Assembly (NCBI GenBank): GCA_964016885.1
Contig: OZ024740.1
Coordinates: forward strand, 369,892,001 to 369,956,000
Direction of reading: 5' to 3'
Length of the DNA stretch: 64,000 nt
From: Eledone cirrhosa
Taxonomy: Eukaryota
The position numbers were made by a program, and so were the translations under genes. Numbering within the stretch: the stretch's first letter is position 1; every line of letters begins with the position of its first letter. Below, piece after piece: positions 39,401-52,699 of the stretch. The notes below the pieces were generated by a model. That model made no database searches. It was not told where the DNA came from and saw only the letters and a program-made list of their open reading frames with translations.

Positions 39401-40472
39401 AAAGCATCAAAAGATCATATTCCATTACAAAAGATGCACAAAGATACAGTAATGGACTACACATTTCAGATGTCCCATTTACTGCTGAAATGGAAAACAC
39501 AGAAAAAGCAAAGCAGGTAAAAGTAACTGCAAAGAAAGAACTGCAAAGAAACTGGCTAAGAAATGGCAAGAAAAAGCCTCTGTATGGAAAATACCCAGAG
39601 CGAGCTAACAATCCTGATGTTGACAAAACTTTAACCCATCAGTGGTTGGCATCCTCTGGACTGAAATCGGAGACTGAAGGACTGATTATATCGGCACAAG
39701 ATCAGTGTCTGCCAACAAAAAATTACCAAGCCAACATAATAAAAAATGGGTGCAGCCCATTATGCCGTGTATGCAAAAAACAACCAGAGACCATTGACCA
39801 TATAATTTCAATGTGCAGTCCTATAGCTCCAACCGAATACCTAAACAGGCATGACAGAGCTGCACAATACATACATTGGATAATGTGTAAGCATTTTGAC
39901 CTGCCCCATCAAAAGAATTGGTGGGAGCATCAACCACCTCCCATACTTGAAAAAGATCACATCTCAATCTTGTGGAACTTTAGCATCCAAACAGACCGAA
40001 AAATAGATGCAAATAGACCTGATATAATATTGAAGGACTTTCAAAAGAGGGTATGCCTGCTAATTGATATGTCTGTTCCAATAGACAAGAATGTATCTAT
40101 AAAAACATTTGAAAAATTGAGCAAGTATAAGGACCTGGAGATAGAAATTGGAAAAATGTGGAAATTGAGAACTAAAACAATACCAGTGGTTGTAGGCGCT
40201 CTGGGAATGATACCTAAGGGGTCTAATGACTACTTATCGCAAATCCCAGGAAACCCGCGTATAGGAGGAATACAAAAGATAGTACTAATGAGAACTGCCC
40301 ATATACTAAGGAAGATTCTGTCAATATAAGTACATCACAAGTCTAAACATTAAAGATGCATGTGTGAATATGTATGTTCTTTCTTGAACATGGCGGACCT
40401 TGTTGTCTCTTGAGGTCACTGGTTGTGACTTGGTGATAACTCGTATGAACATAAAGCAAGATAAATGCAACT

Positions 40473-40473
<1 letters not shown>
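36446..40473 (+). mobile_element. R4/Dong-clade non-LTR retrotransposon (RT + RLE), family 1; 5' boundary approximate
   Basis: ORF 36687-40329 broken by stops and a frameshift. [41 protein letters not shown] and RPDI. (TAA)n tail at 40474-40531. Confidence 0.9.
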
Positions 40474-40525
<52 letters not shown>

Positions 40526-40531
40526 AATAAT

Positions 40532-43500
40532 TTTTGAAAATCAAAATCAAAGCAGCACAGCAACAACGAAAAACGTAAAGGAAATAAAAATGAAGAGAAA
40601 AACAAATGGACGGACAGAGAAGGGAAGGGAAAAACTAAGTCTGACATTCAAACACTACATTACAATGAAACTTATGCTTATTCATTTTTGGGGTTTCTTC
40701 TGCGTGTTTGTTTGTTTCTTTGTTTGGGTTCGTCTACAGCGTGATAATGCCACACAAAAGTCACCTGGAGTGACGAAACCACCGGAGACAAGTAATTCAC
40801 TGGTGGTTTTGTAACCATACATTCGCCAATCCTCGATAAGAGTGTTTAAATGTCGAACCTAAACAGTTCGAATAACGGTGAAATGGAGACTAGAATGTCA
40901 TTTGACAGACTCTCACCCAACAGATGCTCCCTGTCTCAGCAGCAGGGACCTGGCTGTCAAACAAATACTGCTGGTGTCGGAGGAGGAAGAAGAAGAAGGA
41001 AAGGGACCAGAACCAACTGGACGAAAGAATTGAATAGAACTGTTATGCAATGTTACCTGAAGAGTAACCCCAAGGAGAAAGGCTATAGGAAAAGGATGCA
41101 TAACATCTGAACGAGATTGGTCCATTTAAATTAGATGAACAAAAACTGGCCGGGCAGGCTCGGGTAATAAGAACTAATGGGTGGATAAGCGAGCTTGAAC
41201 TGTAGGAACTGGGCAGAGAGATTAGCTTGGAGATGGAGGGTGGAGTATGCCAGGCAAACGAGCCAGTGAGAAATGAAGGTGAAGAGGTCGAGAGAACGGA
41301 GGAACCACCCGAAACTTACAATGATCTGAATGCTGAGATAAATAATACCTGGAACAGAGATACGGCCACTGAGGAGATGAATGCTGACGGGCTAGGACAA
41401 GATTTGGTAGATATCCTAAACTTAGTGGTAGATGAATTGAACAATGATAGTGGGAGACCTATGAACCTAGGATTTGTAGACAGGAAAAAGTTTAAAGAAA
41501 CAACAGCTCAGGTAAACAAAGTCATCCCATACCTTGAGGCGAGGAGCCTTCACCAGTGCAACAATATCCTCAAAGCAACAGCAAATACGGTGAGGAAACT
41601 ACTTGGTATAGAAGCGAGAGGAAACAACAGAAAAGAAAGAGCAGAGCCTTGGTGGAAGAAACGACTGAGTGGTCAAATCAGGGAAATGAGAAATGACATT
41701 GGAAAGCTTGAGTCCCTACTGAATGGGACACTAAAAAACATAGACACTAAAAATAGACTGGAAATAAAGTACAAAACTAGGAGGAAAAAGCTAAATATTA
41801 TCATAGAGGAACTGAAGCAACGCATTGTAGCAAAGAGTGCAAAAATCAGGCGATACGAGAACAGAGTCAGCCAGCATAGACATAACCGCATGTTCGACAA
41901 CAACCAGAAGATGCTGTTTGGACAGCTTGAAGGGAAAGAAAGAGGCAACGACTTGATCCCTGAGGCGGAACCAAATAAAACATTCTGGAGAGGAATATGG
42001 GAGCAGGATGTTAAACATAATGACCAGGCAGTGTGGATTGAGACAGTACAGAAGGAGATCAGTGAACAGGCACGCCAACAAACTGATTTGAGTATCACAG
42101 TTGAAACTCTTAAGGGGCAGGCCAAACAACTAACCAACTGGAAATCACCTGGCCCAGATGGTGTGCAGGGGGTATTGGATTAAAAACATAATATCCCTCC
42201 ACCCGAAACTGACAAACATGTTCAATGACTGCTTGATGTCAGGTGAGGTACCAGAGTGGTTGACAAAAGGTACCACAGTTCCGATAATGAAAGACCGAAT
42301 CAAGGGTAATGATGTTACCAACTATAGACCTATCACATGTCTGTCCGTAATGTGGAAACTATTGACGAGCATCACCTCCACACAAACAACTTGTTACCGG
42401 ACGAACAGAAAGGATGCCGAAAGAAGTCACGTGGTACAAAGGACCAGTTACTTATTGATAAGATGGTAATGAGGAATTGCAAGAGGAGACACACTGGTCT
42501 TGCCATGGGATGGATAGACTACAAAAAGGCATTTGACATGGTGCCTCATTCTTGGATCACCAAAAGCTTGGTGGCAGATAACATCAGGCAGTTGTTGGGC
42601 AAAATTATGAAGTCCTGGAGAATCCTTGGGAAGCGTGAAGATCAAGAGAGGTATTTTCCAGGGGGATAGTCTGTCGCCTCTGTTGTTTGTCCTTGCCCTG
42701 ATGCCCCTGACCAGTATACTGCGAAAAGTGAGAGCAGGATACAGGTGGTTGGGAAAGGGATGGCTTACCATCAATCACCTCCTCTTCATGGACGATCTTA
42801 AGCTCTTCGGGAAGAGTGAGAAGGAGTTGGATGTGCTTGTTGACACTGTCCGTATTTTCAGCAATGATATATGTATGCAATTTGGTATTAGTAAGTGTGG
42901 AGTCATTGTGATGAGGAGGGGTAAGTTGAGCAGAAGTAACGGAATCCAGATACCAACAGGTGAGATGATAAAAGAAATTGACTCTGAGGAAGGATACAAG
43001 TATTTGGGCGTTCTGGAGGCAGATGACATCAAAAACAAAAAAAATGAAGGGATTGATAAGAACTGAATACCTTCGGAGAGTAAGGAGCGTATTAAAGTCA
43101 CATCTGAACAGTAGGAATGCCATAAGTGCAGTAAATTCCCGAGATGTATCTATTATTAGGTACAGTTCGGGAATTCTGAGATGGAATGTTGCTGAACAAA
43201 AAGAAATGTATAGGAAGACTAGGAAGCTATTGACTATCTACAATATGTTCCACAAGAGGAGTGATGTCGATAGATTCTACTTAAGGAGATCTGAGGGTGG
43301 AAGAGGTCTTATCAGCATAGAGGACTGTGTTCAGATGGAGAAAAACAACCTACACAAATACGTGACTGATAGTAAGGAGCCAATGCTCAGAACTGTACTG
43401 AAGGAGGAGACAATAGGCCAGGGGATGTCCAAGGAGGAAATAACATCAAGGAGAATGAGCAGCCTTCAGGGAAAATCCCTTCATATTACCTTCTTTGAGA

Positions 43501-44302
43501 AAACTGAATTTAGAGATCCACAGACATGGAACTGGTTGAAAAGAGGAGACCTTAAAAAGGCTAACGAAGGAATGTTAATGGCTGCGCAGGAGCAGGCCCT
43601 CAAAACGAAGTGGTTGAAACACCACATTTACAAGGAGGAGGCTGGCCCACTGTGCAGGATCTGTGGAGAGAGAGAGGAGACTGTGGCTCACATTGTATCC
43701 GAGTGTAAACACCTAGCCCAGACTCACTATAAGGGCTTGAGACATGATGTGATGGGCAGGGTGATCCACTGGCACCTATGCAAAGTAAACAATTTACCAC
43801 ATTCTGAGAAGTGGTATGAGCATAAGCCAGAGGCGGTGATAGAAAACGATCAGGTGAAGGTGCTGTGGGATTTTAGGATACAGACGGACAAGAAACTGGA
43901 ACACAATAGACCTGACCTGGTGGTTGTGGACAAGGTAAAAAGATCGTGTCTGATTGTGGGTGTGGCCTGCCCATTCGACACGAGAGTGCAAGAGAAGGAG
44001 AGGGAGAAAATTAACCGCTACCAGGACTTAAAGTGGGAGGTAAAAAGGATTTGGAACTGCCATGAAGTCAAAGTGATCCCGATTGTCATAGGCGCACTGG
44101 GGACTATCTCCAAAAGTTTCCAGGGATGGTTAAAGAAAATCGGCCCCTTCACGCTTTTGGAACGCTTCAAAAGGCATGCTTACTGGGAACAGCAAGAACC
44201 CTCCGATACGTCCTGAATATCTGAGGCTGCAGGTAGTGGCTTGATATTCATTCCAACAAACTTTCCAGTTAACTAACATCAATGACTGAGACTGAAGGAG
44301 TA
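40532..44302 (+). mobile_element. R4/Dong-clade element, family 2, decayed
   Basis: ORF pieces 40850-44224 with [28 protein letters not shown] and RPDL. (AAT)n tail at 44301-44340. Confidence 0.9.
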
Positions 44303-44307
44303 ATAAC

Positions 44308-44340
<33 letters not shown>

Positions 44341-44343
<3 letters not shown>

Positions 44344-47300
44344 CAAAAATTGTCCGGGCAGGCTGGGTAATAAGAACTAATGGATGGATAAGCGAGTTGG
44401 AACTGGAGGAACTGAGCAGAGACATTAAGTTGGAAATGGAGAGTGGAGTATGTCAGGCAAACGAGCCAGTGGGAAATGAAGGGGAAGAGATTGAGTGACC
44501 TGAGGAAGCATCCGAAGCAGACAATGATCTGAATACTGAAATAAATAACATCTGGAAAAAAGATACGGCTATTGTGGAAATGAATGCTGACGGGCTAGGA
44601 CAAGATTTGGTTGATATTCTGAACTTAGTGGTAGATGAAATGAACAACGATAGTGGAAAACCTATGAACTTAACATTTGTAGACAGGAAAAAGTTAAAAG
44701 AAACAACAGCTAAGGTAAACAAAGTCATCCCATACCTTGAGGCAAGGAACCTTCACCAATGCAGCAATATCCTCAAAGCAACTGCAAATGCGGTGAGGAA
44801 ATTACTTGGCATAAAAACGAGAGGAAACACCAAACAAGAAAGATCAGAACGGTGGAAAGATCAGAACGATGAAAGATCAGAACGGTGGAAGAAACGACTG
44901 AATGGTCTAATCAAGGAAATGAGAAAAGACATTGGAAAGCTTGAGTCCTTACTGCATGGGACATTACAAAACATAGACACTAAAGATAGATTGGAAATAA
45001 AATACAAAACTCGGGAGAACTCATAGAGGAACTGAAGCAACGCATTGTAGCAAAAAGTGCAACCTTTAGGCGGCATGAGTACAGAGACAATCAGTATAGA
45101 CAGAACCGCATGTTTGACAACAACCAGGTGTTGTTGGGATGGCGTGAAGGGAAAGAAAGAGGCAACGACGTGATCCCTGAGGCGGAACAGACTACAATAT
45201 TCTGGTGAGGAATAAGGGAGTAGGATGTTGAACATAATGGCCAGGCAATGTGGATTGAGACAGTTCAAAAGGAGATTAGTAGACATGCACACCAACAACC
45301 TGATTTGAGTATCACAGTTGAAACTCTTAAAGGGCAGGCCAAAAAACTAACCAACTGGAAATCACCAGGATTAAAAACATTATATCCCTCCACCCGAAAC
45401 TGACAACCATGTTCAATAACTGCTTGATGTCGGGTGAGGCACCAGAGTGGTTGACAAAAGTTACCACAGTTCTGGTAATAAAAGACCGAATCAAGGGTAA
45501 TGATGTTACCAAATATAGGCCCATCACATGTCTGTCCGTAATGTGGAAACTGTTAACAAACATTGTGTCTGAGGACATCTACCATCACCTCCACATAAAC
45601 AACTTGCAAGCGGACGAACAGAAAGGTTGCGAAAGAAGTCCCGTGGTACAAAAGACCAGTTACTTATTGATAAGTTGTTAATGAGGAATTGCAAGAGGAG
45701 ACACAGTGGTCTTGCCATGAGATGGATAGATTACAAAAAGGCATTCGACATGGTACCTCATTCTTGGATAACCAAAAGCCTAGAGATCGTCAAGGTGGCA
45801 GATAACATCAGACAGTTATTGAGCAAAAGTATGAAGTCCTGGGAAACAGAGTTAACATCGGGTAGAGAAGCCTTTGGAGGCGTGAAGATCAACAGAGGTA
45901 TCTTCCACGGAGATAGTTTGTCCCCTCTGCTGTCTTCCTTGCCCTGATACCACTGACCGTTATATTGGGAAAAGTGAGAGCAGGATACAAGTTGGGAAAA
46001 GGAGAGCTTACCATCCACCACCTTCTCTTCATGGACGATCTTAAACTCTTTGGGAAGAGTGAGAAGGATTTGGGTGTACTTGTTGACACTGTCCGTATTT
46101 TCAGCAATGATATATGTATGGACTTTGGTATTAATAAGTGTGGAGTCCTAGTGATGAAGAGTGGTAAATTGAGTAGAAGCAACGGAATCTAGGTACCAAC
46201 AGGTGAGATGATAAAGGAAATTGACACTGAGGAGGAATACAAGTATTTAGGTGTTCTGGAGGCAGATGAATCAAGGGAAAAATAATGATGGAATTGATAA
46301 CATCTGAGTACATAAGGAGAGTAAGGAGCGTATTAAAATCACATATAAATAGTAGGAATGTCATAAGTGCAGTAAATTACCGAGCTGTGTCTATTATTAG
46401 GTACAGTGCGGGAATTCTGAGATGGAATGTTGCTGAACAAAAAGAAATGGATAGGAAGTGTAAGAAGCTATTGACTATCTACAACATGTTCCACAAGAGG
46501 AGTGATGTCGATAGACTCTACTTAAAGAGATCTGAAGGTGGAAGAGGTCTTATCAACATAGAGGACTGTGATCATACAAAACAACCTGCACAAATATGTG
46601 ACCGACAGTAGGGAGCCAATGCTCAGAATTTTACTGAAGGAGGAGACAATAGACCAGGTGATGTCCAAGGAGGAAATAACAACAAGGAGAAAGAGCAACC
46701 TTCATGAAAAATCCCTTCATAGTACCTTGAGAAAATTGAATTTAGAGATCCACAGACATGGAACTGATTAAAAAGAGGAGACCTTAAAACGGCTACAGAA
46801 GGAATGCTAATGGCTGCGCAAGAGCAAGCCCTCAGAACGAAGTGGGTGAAACACCATATTGACAAGAAAGGAGGTTAGCTCACTATGTAGGATCTATGGA
46901 GAGAGGAGACTGTGGCTCACATTGTATACGAGTGTAAACATCTAGCCCAGACTCACTATAAAGGCTGGAGACATCGTGTGATAGGTAGGGTGATCCACTG
47001 GCATCTATGCAAACTAAATAATTTACCACATTCTGAGAATTGGTATGAGCATAAGCCAGAGTCGGTAATAGAAAACGATCAGGTGAAGGTGCTATGGGAT
47101 TTTAGGATACAGACGGACAAGAAATTAGAACACAAAAGGCCTGACGTTGTGGTTTTGGACAAGGATAAAAGATCATGCCTGATCGTAGATGTAGCCTGCC
47201 CATTTGACACGATAGTGCAAGAAAAGGAGAGGGATACAATTAAACGATACCAGGATTTAAAGTGGGAGTTTAAAACGTTTTAGAACTGCCATGAAATCAA

Positions 47301-47527
47301 GGTCGTCCCGATTGTCATAGGCGCACTAGGTACTATCTCAAAGAGTTTCCAAGGATGGTTTAAGATTAGCCCAGCCCCGCTTTTTGGAACACTTCAAAAG
47401 GCATGCTTGCTGGGAACAGCAAGTACCCTCCGATACGACCTGAATATCTGAGTCTGCAGGTAGCGGCTTGATATTCATTTCAATAAACTTTCCAGTTAAA
47501 TAACATCAATAACTGTGACTCAAAGAA
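44341..47527 (+). mobile_element. 5'-truncated second copy of Dong family 2
   Basis: Starts at the equivalent of position ~41137. Same RT/RLE motifs. (TAA)n tail. Confidence 0.88.
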
Positions 47528-47544
47528 CAATAATAATAATAATA

Positions 47545-47712
47545 ATTTCTTCTACTTTTGGCATAAGGCCAGCAATTACTGGTACTTTATTTTATCGACC
47601 ACGTACGGATGAAAGGCAAAGTTAACCTCGTGGAGATTTGAACTCAGAATGTCAAGGGCCGTAACTCAATGCGTCAAAGCATGGTATCCGACCCTCTACA
47701 GATACTGCCAAT
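47545..47712 (-). mobile_element. Octopod-type tRNA SINE
   Basis: Homologous to 33473-33650 (GGTACTTTATTTTATCGACC...GGATGAAAGGCAAAG...TTGAACTCAGA). Confidence 0.8.
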
Positions 47713-47888
47713 AATCCAAATAATAGGAAATATGTATCGTAGGAGAGAAAGAGATAGAGAGATCCAGAGATGTGCGATACAGATTACTAAATGCCAGTAG
47801 CCGAAGCGAAATGTGCTCAAAGCTTGGGTTAGCAGAGTTGAAAGTTAGAGAAGATTTAATACTTAGTTGATTGTTCAAGCAGAGCAGG

Positions 47889-48209
47889 TATAAGCAAATG
47901 AATGAATGAAGGAGTTACTAGCCGTTAAAACAAGTTCTTTATATACATTTTACATTATGTGTCTCTCACTTGGGCGCCTCAGAGAAATATTTGTTAATAT
48001 AATAATATATTTGTGCTTCTTACTATACACAGCAACGTAAATCTAATGGGAATATGTTCAACCAGCTCTGACGGTATGAATATATATATATTTATTGATG
48101 ACATTATATTAATCGCTGAGGAGCCCATGTGGGAAAAGCATAATGTAAGATTAATATTAAAAACTTGTTTTAATGGCTAGTAACACATTCATTCATTCAT
48201 TTGCTTATA
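47889..48209. repeat. Old fold-back pLTR module with a decayed HHR in each arm
   Basis: Arms at about 47889-47990 and 48108-48209. Right arm reads ATTAATCG CTGAGGA GCCC-atgt-GGGA AAAG CATAATGTA AGATTAAT. Confidence 0.6.
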
Positions 48210-48265
48210 TATATACACACATACACACACATATATATTTATATTTATTAAAATAAACAGATTAA

Positions 48266-48314
48266 AGTTTGAGCAAAGAATCGCTGCTTTCACCCTTAAC
48301 GGGATCTTCTGAAA
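48266..48314 (-). ncRNA. HHR-like variant with core CAGAAGA
   Basis: TTT CAGAAGA TCCC-gttaa-GGGT GAA AGCA-gcgattctt-TGCTC AAACT. Confidence 0.55.
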
Positions 48315-48333
48315 TATATATATATATATACAT

Positions 48334-48454
<121 letters not shown>

Positions 48455-48496
48455 GATAGATAGATATAGATATAGATATACATATATATAAATAAA

Positions 48497-48567
<71 letters not shown>

Positions 48568-48735
48568 GTGTGTGTGTGTGTGTATGTATGTGTATGTTTG
48601 TGTGTGTGTGTGAATGTATGTATATGTAGTGAAACTGACACACACACGCGCACACGCATATATATATATATAGAAAAACTCGCACTCTTAAGGTAACTTT
48701 TCTTGGTTATGTCAAAATTTATGAAACAAAGTTTG

Positions 48736-48796
48736 TATTTTATCTGATGAAAGCGTACCAAAGTTTTGGTACCCTTGAAATATATATAATAGAATA
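48736..48796 (+). ncRNA. Type I hammerhead (AUA-triplet family)
   Basis: TATTTTAT CTGATGA AAGCGTACCAAA-gt-TTTGGTACCCTT GAAA TATATATA ATAGAATA. Confidence 0.78.
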
Positions 48797-48841
48797 AATA
48801 TGGTTTTATAAATATAGTTTCCATTTATTTAATATCATTGT

Positions 48842-48919
<78 letters not shown>

Positions 48920-48958
48920 GATATTAACAAATGGAAGCTATATTTATAAAACCATATT

Positions 48959-49023
48959 TATTTCATTATACATATTTCAAGGACACCAAGTTAAGTTATG
49001 GTGTGATTTCATCAGATAAAATA
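48959..49023 (-). ncRNA. Type I hammerhead (AUA-triplet family), tail-to-tail with 48736
   Basis: TATTTTAT CTGATGA AATCACACCA...TGGTGTCCTT GAAA TATGTATA ATGAAATA. Confidence 0.68.
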
Positions 49024-49102
49024 TAATATAGATCAGTTTTATAAATAAATATTGACATACCCTTAAAGAATGCAACCATTACTGTTGGAAGCTCAAACTG
49101 TA

Positions 49103-49139
49103 CTTTTGAAAAGCAGAAGAACTGCGAAACCGGTAAAGG
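49103..49139 (+). ncRNA. Minimal hammerhead, U3-A8 core variant
   Basis: CTT TTGAAAA GCAG-aagaa-CTGC GAAA CCGGTA AAG, followed by AATAAA. Confidence 0.65.
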
Positions 49140-49252
49140 AACCAAATAAATATATATATATCTTTTTAAATAATTCTCCAGTTGCATTTTCGATTTCATC
49201 TATTTTTCTTTATACTTTCACTCGTTTTTTTTTTGTAAAAAAACCTAACTTG

Positions 49253-49290
<38 letters not shown>

Positions 49291-49296
49291 TATTTA

Positions 49297-49630
49297 ACGC
49301 CTCTATGCACCACCTTAATCAGTATACACTGAGGATGAAAAACTCAGAGCTGTATGGGAGCATCCCATAAGTCAGCTCAAAAGTGACACAGAGGAGACTG
49401 AGGTTGGCTGGACATGCTCACTGACATCCAGAGTTGACATTGCACTCAGTGCTCCTTTGGGAGCCCCTACATGGACACACTAGAAGAGGAAGACCAAGGT
49501 TAACGTATGTTGATGCCCTAAGGACAGACACTGGTCTGTTGGAAATGCAGGACATGGCAGCGATAATAAGGGACAGAGACCGTTGGAGAGAACTCGTCCA
49601 TGGATCTCGGGAATTTTACCCGCCTTAGAT
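49297..49630 (+). mobile_element. 3' fragment of an RTE-like LINE
   Basis: RRLRLAGH...VLLWEP.HG..RRGRPRLTYVD...DRDRWR, typical of the RTE C-terminus. Confidence 0.75.
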
Positions 49631-49858
49631 AGATGCACCACCTAAGAGAACATTAGTCTATGACCTCTTTTATACCATACACGTGGTTCTGTCGTTGCGC
49701 GTAATTGTTTTTCACCGCTCCTATTAATGACGTATTATTCGTTCTCTCCCGTTCTTTGCCAGCGAACGTTTCACGAACCAGAGTATCGTCTTCCTATCTT
49801 CCTCCGGTTGCAACGTTTTTTGAAATTTCCAGTTCTGCGTTTACAGATTGACTTTGTT

Positions 49859-49908
49859 AGTTTCAGAAGATCCCGTTAAGAGTGAAAGCAGCGATTCTTT
49901 GCTTAACT
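49859..49908 (+). ncRNA. HHR-like variant with core CAGAAGA in a PLE-like 3' end
   Basis: AGTTT CAGAAGA TCCC-gttaa-GAGT GAA AGCA...TGCTT AACT, followed by AATAAA. Confidence 0.5.
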
Positions 49909-50088
49909 TCAATCTGTTATTTTAATAAATATTTGCTGTAAGTTCTTATATATTTGATATATATTTATCCTTATCGAGCCCTCTTTGGATTTTAGTCTTC
50001 AAATTTATTATTATTACTATATATATATATATATAAATTAATAAAATAATGAATAAACAAAGAAACAGTTCCTTATATTAAAAGAATT

Positions 50089-50228
50089 CATCATTTTACG
50101 ATCGTTTCTAGGATATATATGTGTTAGAGTTGGTATGCATATTCTATAGATCTATGTACAATACTTATACAATCTATCAGAGGGAATATACATACCTACA
50201 CATATATATGCTGTCTTCAGAAATAATG
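50089..50228 (-). ncRNA. Type I hammerhead with ~110-nt stem II region, inside a 100-bp-arm inverted repeat (50035-50362)
   Basis: CATTATTT CTGAAGA CAGCATATATATGTGT...ACACATATATATCCTA GAAA CGATCGTA AAATGATG. Palindromic stem III ACGATCGT. Confidence 0.72.
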
Positions 50229-50519
50229 ATATTTGTTTATTGAAAAAAACAAAGATTCAATACCAACTCTAACACATATATATCCTAGAAACGATCGTAA
50301 AATGATGAATTTTTTTAATATAAGGAACTGTTTCTTTGTTTATTCATTATTTTATTAATTTATTTTGACTCTGTTTTCCGTTTATTTTTCACCGAAAGTA
50401 GTTTTTGAATGCATTTTCTCTTTTCATGATATCCGGATTACATTGAGTTCTTCATACGGATTGGACACTACCGTAAACTTTTGGTAGATTTATCTATATA
50501 TATATATACATATATATAA

Positions 50520-50567
<48 letters not shown>

Positions 50568-50642
50568 TATAGGTATGTTATTCCTGGTTGAATCAGAGGT
50601 AACCACAGTAAGTAAGGTACTCAATACATAGCAGAGTATAAA

Positions 50643-50864
50643 AGTTTTAATATAGAAGAGATTCTACAGGACTAGAACTGTTTCATTCGTGAGAAATCAT
50701 CAGGAATCTGACTGTCCAAGTAAATATGGTGGTATTTATATCACCCTCTCCTACCAGCAGAAAACATATAAATACCACCATATTTACTTGGACAGTCAGA
50801 TTCCTGATGATTTCTCACGAATGAAACAGTTCTAGTTCTGTAGAATCTCTTCTATATTAAAACT
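50643..50864. repeat. 98-bp-arm inverted repeat carrying two complete hammerheads (50659-50709 minus; 50798-50848 plus)
   Basis: Each arm reads AGATTC CTGATGA TTTC-tcac-GAAT GAAA CAG-ttctagt(t/c)-CTGTA GAATCT. Confidence 0.85.
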
Positions 50865-51311
50865 ATATATATATATGTGAACAATTTGAATACCCCGCCA
50901 ATTGAAACTATAAAATGAAAGACTGAATTAAACATTACACGTTAAGTAGTGCGACGCTCTAGATAATCGGTTCCAGACATTTTCATACCACAGAGTAAAT
51001 CAATTAAAAACATCCTGTCCATTCGTTGAGCTCAATAACAATTTTTCTTTCATTACTATATAGTAATTTATATTCTACTTAAACAAGTCCGCACTTTTTT
51101 ATATTTCGCAGCGTTAAAACCTTTCCAGGTGTTCTTATTTATTAAATTTTACTTCAAATCTATTCATTTCCACTTGTGGTAGTTTGGTAACAATTACAAT
51201 GAACCAATCACCTATACAAGCATTTGAGACATAGATTAGAATTATACACCGAGGCATATATTTATACATACACACATACATATACACGCACACACACACA
51301 CACACACCCAC

Positions 51312-51388
<77 letters not shown>

Positions 51389-51408
51389 CATATATATATG
51401 TATATATG

Positions 51409-51458
<50 letters not shown>

Positions 51459-51608
51459 TACATATATATGTATGCATATATATATATACATACATATATA
51501 TATATGTATATATGTATGTATATATATATTATTCATACATACATATAAGCAGACGCACATATACATATATATATGTGAGAAAAACCACAGACCCTCCATC
51601 TCAACTCA

Positions 51609-51645
51609 CCTTTTGAAAAGCAGAAGAACTGCGAAACCGGTATGG
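51609..51645 (+). ncRNA. Minimal hammerhead, U3-A8 variant (second copy)
   Basis: CCTT TTGAAAA GCAG-aagaa-CTGC GAAA CCGGTA TGG. Same downstream tail as 49103. Confidence 0.58.
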
Positions 51646-51708
51646 AACCAAATAAATATATATATTTTTTAGAAAAATAAGACTCCAGTTGCATTTTCGA
51701 TTTCATCT

Positions 51709-51774
<66 letters not shown>

Positions 51775-51787
51775 TACATATGTCCCT

Positions 51788-51842
<55 letters not shown>

Positions 51843-51966
51843 TACATTCAAACTTAATATCAGTCTTTCAAATATTGAGTGACACAAACATTCACAGGCA
51901 CAGCGGTGTTATAATTTCAGTACATAGGTACACGCACGCATACACACAAAAATATGTATATACGTA

Positions 51967-52026
<60 letters not shown>

Positions 52027-52094
52027 GAAAGACGTAAAATAAGAAAATTATAAAAATTAACTTACTTACTAAAATTTCACCCCAACTAATTAGT

Positions 52095-52374
52095 AATAGT
52101 TTAATTAGGAATAAATTAGAATTATTAATTGTATTGGTTAGTAATCAGTTTTGGTTTAAGTTTTACCGGTTGCGCATTTCTAAATGCTTTTCAAAAATAA
52201 TCTTGAGATAGAGCGTCCGTGATGTTTGCTCTGATCAGAGCAAACATCACGGACGCTCTATCTCAAAATTATTTTTGAAAAGCATTTAGAAATGCGCAAC
52301 CGGTAAAACTTAAACCAAAACTGATTACTAACCAATACAATTACTAATTCTCATTTATTCCTAATTAAACTATT
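52095..52374. repeat. 280-bp loopless near-perfect palindrome
   Basis: Centre CTCTGA|TCAGAG at 52234/52235. Each arm holds TTGAAAA GCATTT-ag-AAATGC GCAA CCGGTA. Confidence 0.92.
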
Positions 52375-52454
52375 TTTCACTGTGAACAATTTGTCAGTAT
52401 TTTCTATTCCGTTTACCAATATATAATAACTTGTGTGTTACACCTCTATTCTTT

Positions 52455-52501
<47 letters not shown>

Positions 52502-52503
52502 CC

Positions 52504-52582
<79 letters not shown>

Positions 52583-52699
52583 ATAGAAAGAGAGAGGGAC
52601 AGCGACAGACAGTGAGAGACAGAGAGAGAGGAACGGGCGCAGGACGAATACAGCGGAGAATCAGACTGGCGCCCTCTTCTCATTGAGCCCCTGTTGATC

